Shown in pieces: positions 1-9,365 of a stretch of 64,000 nucleotides of DNA (position 1 is its first letter; each line of letters begins with the position of its first letter). Position numbers and translations under genes: made by a program. Source of the DNA: an uncultured Acidobacteriota bacterium (lineage in GTDB: Bacteria; Acidobacteriota; Vicinamibacteria; Vicinamibacterales; UBA2999); assembly GCA_963709325.1 (NCBI GenBank), contig CAVPVV010000003.1, positions 1,827,889-1,891,888 of the forward strand, in the 5' to 3' direction. The notes under the pieces were generated by a model. That model ran no database searches, was not told the DNA's origin, and saw only the letters and a list, made by a program, of their open reading frames with translations.

Positions 1-1469
<1,469 letters not shown>

Positions 1470-1513
1470 TATTCTAACGGACGCGTGCGGAGTTATCGGC
1501 AGGGTGCAGCGTG

Positions 1514-1548
1514 CTTCTCACTTCTCACCTCTCACCTGTCACCTCTCT
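1514..1548. repeat. Tandem heptamer array (CTTCTCA CTTCTCA CCTCTCA CCTGTCA CCTCTCT)
   Basis: Read directly. It lies in the spacer between the DUF1835 stop (1532) and the topoisomerase start (1469), overlapping the last codons of the upstream ORF. Confidence 0.85.
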
Positions 1549-2536
1549 GAAGCCGCCTGTTGTCCTCGTCCCATCGCCAGAGCGATGACGTCGAGACACC
1601 CTCTCCGGGCAGCGTCATCAGGTGCACGCCTCCCAGCCAGCGGTTGATGCCGTTCAAGGCGATGCGATCCGCTTCGCCGGCGAGCACGCGCGCGCCGGTC
1701 TCGGTGAGCGTCAACCGCGGCGCCGGGTCGTCTTCCCGCCACCACTCGGGATCGCCGAAGCTGGCGGGCGCTTCGCCGACGACGGTGACGAGCGGCTGCG
1801 GCGCGGTGATGAGCGAGCGGATGTGATACCACCAGCCGAGATCGCCCATGAAGATGGCATCCTCGACTTCGTAATTCGAGTCGCGGAACGCGGCCCTTAG
1901 CGGCAGTGGGCCATCGGCGAGCGCGTCAAGCGTTTGCCGTTCGGTCCGCGACAAGCCGCCCTGCACCGAGGGGAACTGCTGCAGGTGGCGGGACAGCGCG
2001 GAGCGCAGCGTTGGCCAGGCGCCGGGATGATCGAAGCGCAACACGCCGGCCGGGTCTGGTGAGCGGAAGGCCGCCCATGCCGCGATCGCCGCGTCCCAAG
2101 CATCTTTCGAGACGGGCCGGCGCTCGTCGAACCACCGGGACAACTGCGCGTCGGGCTGTGCCGTCAAGTAGTCGTCGGCGAGAATCGCCGAGACCGAGGC
2201 GCGACGCGCGTCGCCTACGTCGCGCAACTGGCTCAGCACCTGCAGGACGTGGAGCTGATCGTAGAGGTCGTGCTCGAACCAGAGGACGACCTCGTCATCG
2301 TCCCGGGCGCTCGTCGTGAGCTGCTCGTCACGCGCCTTCATCCCGGTCTCAATCGCTTCGACGTCGTTCCATTCGCGGCCGAGAAACTCCGCACGCTCGT
2401 GGCGCAGCTCGGCCTCCGACAACCCGGCCCGGACGGGACCTTCGTGAAGCACGTCGTCCCAGGGAACGATCCGCCCCGGCACGCCCAGATCGTGCAGGCG
2501 CGAAACCGCAATGGAACCGTTGGTGACGTGAAGCAT
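1532..2536 (-). CDS. DUF1835 domain-containing protein
   Basis: Frame of track ORF 1532..2764. The ATG at 2534-2536 gives MLHVTNGSIAVSRLHDLGVPGRIVPWDDVLHEGPV...VVLWFEHDLYDQLHVLQVL, typical of DUF1835 proteins. The 76 upstream codons are low-complexity and overlap the repeat spacer. Confidence 0.7.
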   Translation of the reverse strand: MLHVTNGSIAVSRLHDLGVPGRIVPWDDVLHEGPVRAGLSEAELRHERAEFLGREWNDVEAIETGMKARDEQLTTSARDDDEVVLWFEHDLYDQLHVLQVLSQLRDVGDARRASVSAILADDYLTAQPDAQLSRWFDERRPVSKDAWDAAIAAWAAFRSPDPAGVLRFDHPGAWPTLRSALSRHLQQFPSVQGGLSRTERQTLDALADGPLPLRAAFRDSNYEVEDAIFMGDLGWWYHIRSLITAPQPLVTVVGEAPASFGDPEWWREDDPAPRLTLTETGARVLAGEADRIALNGINRWLGGVHLMTLPGEGVSTSSLWRWDEDNRRLQRGDR

Positions 2537-2547
2537 GGTGATGAGAT

Positions 2548-2603
2548 CGGGAGTTGGAACCGGGAGTCGGTCGGGAGTCGGGGTGACCTGGGTTCGGTGA
2601 CGG
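2548..2603. repeat. Degenerate tandem heptamer array (CGGGAGT / GGGAGTC type)
   Basis: cgggagt tggaacc gggagtc ggtcggg agtcggg gtgacct gggttcg gtgacgg, in the spacer between the stop at 2607 and the start at 2536. Confidence 0.75.
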
Positions 2604-2606
2604 TCC

Positions 2607-2924
2607 TCAGCGCGGATAGACGGTCTCGACGTAACCGTGCCGCTCCGTCCACTGCACGCGGCGCAGCATATCGTGTTGGCCACGCGAATTGACGAACACG
2701 AGGATTTCCCCGAACCGACCGCGCTCGGAGTCGCGGATGGCGCGGGCGATGGCGAGCGCCTCATCAGGGTGTCCCGCCTCCACCTCTACGACCAGCGCGC
2801 GATGCGCCGCGATCCGATGCGTGACCCGCCACCGGGGCGGCGGCGCTGGCCCCAGCGACACCGTTACCGCGATCAGCGTCGCGGTGACGACGGCTGCCGC
2901 AAAGAACGCCAGGACCCGCAGCAC
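2607..2924 (-). CDS. Hypothetical small membrane-anchored protein
   Basis: 105-aa ORF with an N-terminal hydrophobic segment (MLRVLAFFAAAVVTATLIAVTVSL) followed by a soluble domain. I recognise no family. Confidence 0.5.
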   Translation of the reverse strand: MLRVLAFFAAAVVTATLIAVTVSLGPAPPPRWRVTHRIAAHRALVVEVEAGHPDEALAIARAIRDSERGRFGEILVFVNSRGQHDMLRRVQWTERHGYVETVYPR

Positions 2925-3008
2925 CGCGGTACGATAACACCGCCCGCGGCGCGCCGTTCGGCTCCCGCTGCCAACTTCCGCGTCCCGGCTCCAGACTCCC
3001 GCCGCGAG

Positions 3009-4622
3009 CTACTCCCGCTTCCGCCGCGTCGCCGTCCGCTTCGCGGCGGTCTTCCGTGTACCCCCCGCCGCCTTCCGCGGCGCGCGGGTCCGGGGCTTCC
3101 GGGCCTTTACGATCGACTCGAGAATCGCCGATTCGTTCGACTCGGGCTGCTGCTCCGGATCTTCGATCTCCGTCGCCGGCGACGGGCGCGTCCCGACTTC
3201 GCCGACCTTCAGCCGGGTGACGTCGACTGCGCCGCCCTGGATGCGATTGCCGATGTCATCGTCCGGGAACTCGGCTGAAACGATTATCGCGGACGGGATC
3301 TGGTCGTGCACCTCCGGGCCCTCGCCGGTCTCGTCAACCACCCCCGGCACGGCCTGTCCGCCGTTGAGCAACGACCAGCCGTGCGGCACCGGACCGCGCG
3401 TCGAAGCGTCGGAACCTGCGAACACGCGCAGGCCGCCCTGCCGATCCCGCTCGAGCTTCAGCAACCCGTCCTTCTGGCACGCGCGCATGAGCTCGGCAAT
3501 CGAGCCGTAACGGCGCTCGTCGAAGCTGGGAACCGCGGCGCGCAGGAACTGCTTGAACTGGCGCGGGTACATCGGCCAGCGCGGCGGCGTCACGGCCTCG
3601 GCCAGCACGCGCCGCACGAGCAGCACACCTTCGCCGAGCGATGCGGCGTCCGCCGGCTCACGCCGCCCGTGACCGTGCTCGTCGCGCCTTGGGGCATAAC
3701 CAGGGGCGATCGCCGTCCCCTGATCCGCCGACGCATGATCTACCGGCGCGGCGACGACTTCGCCTTCGACGAGCGGCGCTGAATCGGCGGCCTCGCCCGC
3801 TTCCGGGGCGACGGCCGGGATGTCGGCCGCAACGACCGCCGAAACGACCGCGCCTGGTTCGCCTTCGATCAGTTCGACGAGGGTGCTGCGGCCCTGGTGC
3901 TTGAGCGTGACGAGCCCGTGCGCTGCCAGCTTGTCGGCGAAATCCCGGAAGCTCGACGAGCCGTAATCGCGCTCCGAGAACGACGAATCGAGCTGCAGCA
4001 GCGTGCTCTTGAGCAGCCCGAGCTGCGGGGTCACCTCGCGATCGGCGAGCACCTTGAGGGCGCGCTTGACCAGCGGCACGGAGACGTCGATCGGCTGCGA
4101 GCCGGCGGCGACGCGCGGCCGTTCGCCCTTGTCCACCCGCGGGGCGCGGGGATGGGGCACGACGTTCTCGTAGGCGATGAACTCGGTGCAGTTCTTCTGC
4201 ATCACCTGGCTGGTGAACGAGCGGCCGCCGACGACGAACACTTTGCGGTCGTACTGCTTGAGCTTCTCGACGAGCGTGATGAAGTCGCTGTCGCCGCCGA
4301 CGATGACGAAGGCGTTGATGTGGGCGTGGGTGAAGGCCATCTCGAGAGCGTCGAGGGCGAGGTTGATGTCGGCGCCGTTCTTGTCGCCGCCGGGCGTCAT
4401 GACCCGCTGGACGAGCCGGACCGCGTGATTCGACATCGCGCGGCCGTAGTCCCCGGAACGCTTCCAGTCGCCGTAGGCGATCTTCGTCACGATTTCGCCG
4501 CGTTCCTTGATCGCCTCGAGCACCGCCCCGATGTCGAACGGCAGGCCGAGCGTCGTCTTCACGCCGATCTCGACGTTGTCGAAATCGATGAAGACGGCAA
4601 TCTTCAGTTTTTGATCAGACAT
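3009..4622 (-). CDS. NYN-domain (LabA-like) protein with OST-HTH/LOTUS-like region and a basic C-terminal tail
   Basis: MSDQKLKIAVFIDFDNVEIG...GDWKR...GADINLALDALE...VIVGGDSDFITLVEKLK is the NYN/LabA signature. The central regions resemble OST-HTH. The C-terminus is Lys/Arg-rich (KARKPRTRAPRKAAGGTRKTAAKRTATRRKRE). Confidence 0.85.
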   Translation of the reverse strand: MSDQKLKIAVFIDFDNVEIGVKTTLGLPFDIGAVLEAIKERGEIVTKIAYGDWKRSGDYGRAMSNHAVRLVQRVMTPGGDKNGADINLALDALEMAFTHAHINAFVIVGGDSDFITLVEKLKQYDRKVFVVGGRSFTSQVMQKNCTEFIAYENVVPHPRAPRVDKGERPRVAAGSQPIDVSVPLVKRALKVLADREVTPQLGLLKSTLLQLDSSFSERDYGSSSFRDFADKLAAHGLVTLKHQGRSTLVELIEGEPGAVVSAVVAADIPAVAPEAGEAADSAPLVEGEVVAAPVDHASADQGTAIAPGYAPRRDEHGHGRREPADAASLGEGVLLVRRVLAEAVTPPRWPMYPRQFKQFLRAAVPSFDERRYGSIAELMRACQKDGLLKLERDRQGGLRVFAGSDASTRGPVPHGWSLLNGGQAVPGVVDETGEGPEVHDQIPSAIIVSAEFPDDDIGNRIQGGAVDVTRLKVGEVGTRPSPATEIEDPEQQPESNESAILESIVKARKPRTRAPRKAAGGTRKTAAKRTATRRKRE

Positions 4623-4627
4623 TCGTT

Positions 4628-4669
4628 TTCCTGATTCCTGATTCCCGGTTTCCGGTTCCCAATTTCTAG
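4628..4669. repeat. Tandem heptamer array (TTCCTGA x2, TTCCCGG, TTTCCGG, TTCCCAA, TTTCTAG)
   Basis: Read directly. It fills the spacer between the MBOAT-remnant stop (4666) and the NYN start (4622). Confidence 0.85.
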
Positions 4670-5411
4670 AATTGGAAGTAGATGAAGTCGAGGGAGACGC
4701 GGCTCCTGAGCACCAGGATGAGCGTCACCATCACTCCCGCCGCCGCTGCCTGCAGCAGCGTCCGGCTGATGCTGGAAGGCCCCATGCCGTCCAGCGCGCC
4801 TCCGCGGCCGCCACCAGCCGCCAGCGCCGCTCGCGTCCAAGTGCCCAGAGATCGTCCAGGAACAACGGCACGCCCCCGGTGGCGGCCAGGACGAGCAGGT
4901 AGATGCCTACCTGCCGCTCCATCACCGTGCTCTCCGAGGGGGAGAGCACGAGCCACCGCCGCAGAAAGTCGGGGTTGGTCTCCCGGAAGAAGAGCCAGCC
5001 GACAATCGCCGCGGTGACGGTGAGGGCGATCTGAACGAAGGCGAGCGGACCAGGCCAGCGCTCGGGCAGCTTCAGCAGCGTCCCGACGGTCCGCGTGGCG
5101 ACTACTAGTGTGCCATGGTAGAGGCCCCAAAGCACGTAATTCCAGCTGGCGCCGTGCCACAGCCCCGAAACCAGGAAGGTGGCCAGGAGGTTGGCCTCGC
5201 GCTGCAGCGCCTCCACCCGGTTCCCGCCCAGCGGAATGTAGACGAAGTCGCGAAACCAGGTCGAAAGCGAGATGTGCCAGCGGCGCCAGAAGACGGTCGG
5301 GCTGTGCGCGATGTAGGGATGGTTGAAGTTGAGCACCAGCTCGAAGCCGAACCAGCGCGCCGTCCCGCGGGCGATGTCGGAATAGGCCGAAAAATCGGCG
5401 TAGATCTGCAA
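4666..5411 (-). pseudogene. MBOAT family (AlgI/DltB-like) O-acyltransferase, C-terminal remnant with a frameshift
   Basis: LQIYADFSAYSDIARGTARWFGFELVLNFNHPYIAHSPTVFWRRWHISLSTWFRDFVYIPLGGNR...GLWHGASWNYVLWG (frame of 4731..5645). The family-typical ending ...SLDFIYFQF* is in the frame of 4666..5478, so there is a frameshift at about 4800-4860. Homology stops at about 5411, and there is no N-terminal half or start codon. Confidence 0.75.
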
Positions 5412-5465
5412 CTGACGCCGCCGAGCCGGCACGGACGTTGCACAATGGACGGAATGAGGTGCCGC

Positions 5466-6068
5466 ATGCGAATCGCACGTCTTCAGAAGTGGTCGGCCGT
5501 TCTCGCCGTCGCCGCGGCCGCGACTGCGGCCTATGCCCAGGAGCCGTCGTCGCAGAAGCTCTTCGAGTCCGGCAAGTACGCTGAAGTCGCTGGACGGGGG
5601 GGTTCGGGTTCGCCCGAGGACCGCTATCTTGCCGCGCTCGCGCACCTGAAGGCCGGCAATGGCGACGCCGCGACCGGCGAGATGAGCCAGCTGCGCGACA
5701 GCGGACCTGACGATGCCTGGAAGCAGATCGGCGCGTCAGGCGCGGCCATGCTGCAGCACAACGACGGCGAGGCCGTCGAGGCCGGCAAGCGCGCCACGGC
5801 AGCGGGTGGCGACAACCCCTACGCGCACTACCAGCTCGGTCTTGCCGCCGCCGGCGCCAACGACTTCGCGCTGTCGGCGCAGGAGTTCGAGCGCGCCGCT
5901 GAACTGAAGCCGGACTTCGCCTACGCGCACTACTACGCCGGGCAGGCGTTCCACAAGCAGCGCAACATGGGGAAGGCTGCGGAGCACTACCGGCGCTTCC
6001 TGGACCTGGCGCCGGACTCGCCAGACCGTGCGGCTATTCAATCTATCCTGAGGACTCTTCGCGGGTAG
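5466..6068 (+). CDS. Secreted TPR-repeat protein
   Basis: Frame of 5115..6068. MRIARLQKWSAVLAVAAAATAAYAQ is a signal peptide. TPR-like helices follow (AHYQLGLAAAGANDFALSAQEFERAAELKPDFAYAHYYAGQAFHKQRNMGKAAEHYRRFLDLAP). Alternative in-frame ATGs lie at 5445 and 5454. Confidence 0.75.
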   Translation: MRIARLQKWSAVLAVAAAATAAYAQEPSSQKLFESGKYAEVAGRGGSGSPEDRYLAALAHLKAGNGDAATGEMSQLRDSGPDDAWKQIGASGAAMLQHNDGEAVEAGKRATAAGGDNPYAHYQLGLAAAGANDFALSAQEFERAAELKPDFAYAHYYAGQAFHKQRNMGKAAEHYRRFLDLAPDSPDRAAIQSILRTLRG

Positions 6069-6352
6069 TCCTAGCGGCCTTCCCAGGCGTCGCGCACGGT
6101 GCGAGCTACGAGGCATGGGCGCGGGTTCCCCCTCCCGCGAGTTCAGCCGGACAGTCCTCGCAGTGATGTTAAGAACGGAGCGCACAAAAAGGGCGTGCGC
6201 CGTCTTACCGGCGCCTCCTGTCTCGGCCGGCCTCGAGGTCGGGGACCGCGCCGCCACGCCTCATGGGCTCGCACGCAGCGCTCGTCGATCCGAGCGCCGT
6301 CCAACCGGCGACCTCGTGTGCCGGTCCGTCTGTCGTGGGCCCTCCGGCCCTG

Positions 6353-7825
6353 TTACCAGGCTCCCGCCCCGATCTCCAAGACAAACCGGAACTGATCGAC
6401 GCGCGAAAACCCCAGCGCCTGCAGGCCGGCTCGCAGTCCACCGAAGCTGTAGCCGAAGACGAAGGGCCGCATTCTGGCCGGCAGCTTGGCGCGAAAGCGA
6501 AAGCCGGTTTCCACGACGAGCTTCCAGTTCGGCGGAACGATCACGTCTACGTCCACCGGCCCGTGGTCGGTCTCAATGGTGCGGGTCTCCCGAGTCGTCA
6601 CGTACTGCCGTCGTCCGCCGCCCGAGACGTAGTAGTCGGCCCACCGCGACGCGGAAGGCGTGAACAGCAGCTCGCCCGTCGCGTCCCGCGGACTAACGGT
6701 CACGCGTGGAACGACCCAGCCCTCGCGCATGTCGAGACCCTTGAAGATGAGGGCGGCCCCGAGTGTTCGCTCCGTCACGCGCAAGCTCACCGACAACCAC
6801 GAATCGGGGAGGTTCAACTCGGACAGCGCCCGCTTCAGGCTCCCCGCCTGATACTGCGCCGGCAATTCGTCGCGGCCGAAGCGATGGTCCTCCATCATGT
6901 GGAGGAGGCGGGATGGCTGCGGCGAGATCGTCTCGCAGGCAGCGACGGTGTTCGCCGGACGAAGTTCGTACCGGCCGAGCGAGGGCTCCCCGTCGTGATA
7001 CGAGCGTTGCCGGTCGGTCACCTGGAGAAGCGGTGAATCAGGAGGGCGAAGCCGCATTGCGGCGACGCGCGGCTTGGTCATCTCAGAGGCATAGGCCGAG
7101 GACAGCAGTACTCCCTGGCCAAGCGAGTCGCGGACGCCCCAGGCGTCGTTGAGACGCTCAGTTACGTCGTAGCCCCGCATGTACGCCCCGTCGGCGTTGC
7201 GGTCGGGTGCGGTGCTGTGCTTGCCCTCTTCGACAAAGAGCGTGACCGGATACTTGATGTCCGGCCGCACTTTTAGTGTGTTCGAATACCAGCGGCTGCC
7301 GTGCGCGAGCCCCTCCACCGAGGCGAGCCGCACGCGGCGGCAGCCCGGGTCGCCTTCGAGCCAGACCTCGAACTCCGCGGTCTCGAGATCGTGAGGATGG
7401 CCACCCACGCCGAAGTCTTCCGAGTAATAGAAGTAATACTTGAGGATGAAAGACTCGACCTTATCGGCAAAGGCCGGATCGCCCTCCTCTGGCCGGGACA
7501 CCGGCGTGTCACCGTGATACGTGAGCTCGGTCACCTGGTAATAGACGACCGGGTGATCGGCGGCCGTGTCGCACGGATGCGCGCTGGGAATCGGCGGACG
7601 CCCCTCGGCCAGCAACGGCTCGTCGGCCGAGAACCAGAGCATGGGCGCCAGCAGCCCGGCGATCTCTCGCAGGCTGAGAGGCTCGCTTCCTTGCCAGATG
7701 ACGCCGGGTGTCGTGACTGCCGTCGCCGGCCCGCACGCGTTTGGGGACTGCGCGCGCGCGGGTGCCGGCGTCAGGCATGCGAGCGCGGCCAGTAGAGCAG
7801 CTACCCGGCGTTGCCAATCACTCAC
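6353..7825 (-). CDS. Hypothetical secreted protein, possibly outer-membrane
   Basis: Distal part of track ORF 6353..8662. GTG at 7823-7825 is preceded by GGAG. VSDWQRRVAALLAALACLTPAPARAQS is signal-like. The C-terminus is rich in beta-strand-like segments and ends ...FVLEIGAGAW. I recognise no family. Confidence 0.65.
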   Translation of the reverse strand: MSDWQRRVAALLAALACLTPAPARAQSPNACGPATAVTTPGVIWQGSEPLSLREIAGLLAPMLWFSADEPLLAEGRPPIPSAHPCDTAADHPVVYYQVTELTYHGDTPVSRPEEGDPAFADKVESFILKYYFYYSEDFGVGGHPHDLETAEFEVWLEGDPGCRRVRLASVEGLAHGSRWYSNTLKVRPDIKYPVTLFVEEGKHSTAPDRNADGAYMRGYDVTERLNDAWGVRDSLGQGVLLSSAYASEMTKPRVAAMRLRPPDSPLLQVTDRQRSYHDGEPSLGRYELRPANTVAACETISPQPSRLLHMMEDHRFGRDELPAQYQAGSLKRALSELNLPDSWLSVSLRVTERTLGAALIFKGLDMREGWVVPRVTVSPRDATGELLFTPSASRWADYYVSGGGRRQYVTTRETRTIETDHGPVDVDVIVPPNWKLVVETGFRFRAKLPARMRPFVFGYSFGGLRAGLQALGFSRVDQFRFVLEIGAGAW

Positions 7826-7975
7826 GACGTCTCCTGATCCGCCGACGCGTTTGGGAATGCGGGATGACCACTCGCTGGGAGCGCGCTCATGATCCCGAAC
7901 CTGCGATGCAGGGCATCGTAATGCCGAGGCGGCGAAGCCGATTCGCGGCCAGGTCACGGCCAAGGTTATGCCGAA

Positions 7976-8226
7976 GACCTGGGCACGCCGCTGGGCATCT
8001 TCGGGATGAGCTGGCTCGCGGTGGAAGGTGGTTGGGGCTCGCTCCCCGAGAAGGTGACCTGGCAGCACCTCTTCGGCGCGGCTAGTCTTGCCGGAATCGG
8101 ATTCACCATGTCGCTCTTCATCAGCGACCTGGCGTTCGCCGACGACCTGCTGATCCCACCGGTAAAGTCGGTATTCTGACTGGGTCAATAGCATCCGGGG
8201 TTCTGGGGTTCGCGGTGTTGGCGCGG
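7976..8226 (+). pseudogene. nhaA: Na+/H+ antiporter NhaA, C-terminal remnant (about 85 aa) with a frameshift
   Basis: DLGTPLGIFGMSWLAV..GSLPEKVTWQHLFGAASLAGIGFTMSLFISDLAF matches the last NhaA helices. There is a stop at 8177-8179. The continuation KVGILTGSIASGVLGFAVLAR is in another frame from 8164. No upstream NhaA sequence is present. Confidence 0.7.
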
Positions 8227-8267
8227 TCACTTCCCCGCTTGACAGTGACGAGACCGGCGTGTCCTGG

Positions 8268-9296
8268 TCAGTGTTCCGGCTCCGCCTCGATCTCGCGGTG
8301 CTCGTCGGCCAGTCTGCGCTTGCCGGCGTGTGTGAGCCAGGCGTCCTCCACGAACGGGTAAACGGCGGCAAGCGGCAACGAGACCAGCGCGCCGAGTACG
8401 CCGCCAAGCTCGGCCCCGACCAGGAACACGCCGACCACCGCGAGATCCGAGAGCTGCAGCTCGTGGCCGTAGACCTTGGGCGTAATGTAGTAGTTCTCGA
8501 TTGTGTTGTAGAGCACGTACAACCCGGCGACGGCGAACGCGACGGCCGGCGATACCAGCGCCCCGAGCAGCACCGCGGGAGCGGCGGAGAGAAAGAAGCC
8601 GACAATCGGCACCAGGTCGAACACCCCGGCGAGCACCGCGAGCAGCAGCGCCGCCGGCACACCGAGCAGCGCGAGCATCAGCCACGTGTAAAGAAACGCG
8701 AACATCGAGGTGATCACGTTGCCGCGCACGAACGCGACGATCACCTGCTGACTGCCGGCGGCCACCTCCTCCACCGCTGCTCGATGTTGCGCCGGCACGA
8801 ACGCCATCAGCCACTTGTAGGTGCGGCGTCCGTCGATCAGGAGGTACGTGGCTACGACAAGGGCGACGACCAGCGCCGCCAGCCCGCTGATCAGCATTCT
8901 GCCGAGCTGCGACAGCTGCGAACCGAGGCCTTCGTAGCCGGACAGCTGGCTGGCGATCTCCGGCGGCAGCCGGGCGACGATCGCGTCCTGGGTTTCCCCG
9001 ATTCGCGAGGTGAGCAGGCGCGATTCCTCCGACAACGATGCGCCCGACAGGTAGATCAAGGCAGCGAGCGCGGCCGCACCGAGCAGGATGATGGCCGGGG
9101 CCGTGAATCCGCGCCGGAGCCGCCGCTCTTCCAGCCACCGCACCACCGGATCCAGCGCCACCGCGAGGAACGCGCCGACGAGGAAGACCAATGCCCACTG
9201 CCAGAGGCGGAGCCACAGCCACACGGCGGTGACGACCGCCAACCCCCGCAGAAAAGTCCCGGTGGTGATCTCGACGCGACGACTGTCGCGGCTCAT
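8268..9296 (-). CDS. AI-2E family transporter (PerM/UPF0118)
   Basis: 342-aa polytopic ORF with ...FVRGNVITSMFAFLYTWLMLALLGVPAALLLAVLAGVFDLVPIVGFFLSAAP...LYNTIENYYITPKVYG, characteristic of AI-2E/UPF0118. Confidence 0.9.
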   Translation of the reverse strand: MSRDSRRVEITTGTFLRGLAVVTAVWLWLRLWQWALVFLVGAFLAVALDPVVRWLEERRLRRGFTAPAIILLGAAALAALIYLSGASLSEESRLLTSRIGETQDAIVARLPPEIASQLSGYEGLGSQLSQLGRMLISGLAALVVALVVATYLLIDGRRTYKWLMAFVPAQHRAAVEEVAAGSQQVIVAFVRGNVITSMFAFLYTWLMLALLGVPAALLLAVLAGVFDLVPIVGFFLSAAPAVLLGALVSPAVAFAVAGLYVLYNTIENYYITPKVYGHELQLSDLAVVGVFLVGAELGGVLGALVSLPLAAVYPFVEDAWLTHAGKRRLADEHREIEAEPEH

Positions 9297-9365
9297 TCGT
9301 GCGGATCAGGGAGCAAAGCGCGTTCCAGCCCGAACCTGCGCCCCATTCGCACCCGTCGGACCTGA

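Noticed and set aside
6069-6352. A 284-bp convergent spacer that I examined as a possible structured RNA gene (tmRNA, SRP RNA, RNase P RNA, 6S). It contains the hairpin GCGCAC-AAAAAGGGC-GTGCGC.
   Set aside because: I could not find any of the conserved cores I know on either strand: the SRP GGAAGCAGC-type motif, the RNase P GGAAAGTCC motif, or a tmRNA tRNA-like end or tag ORF. A covariance-model scan would be needed. It is left unassigned.
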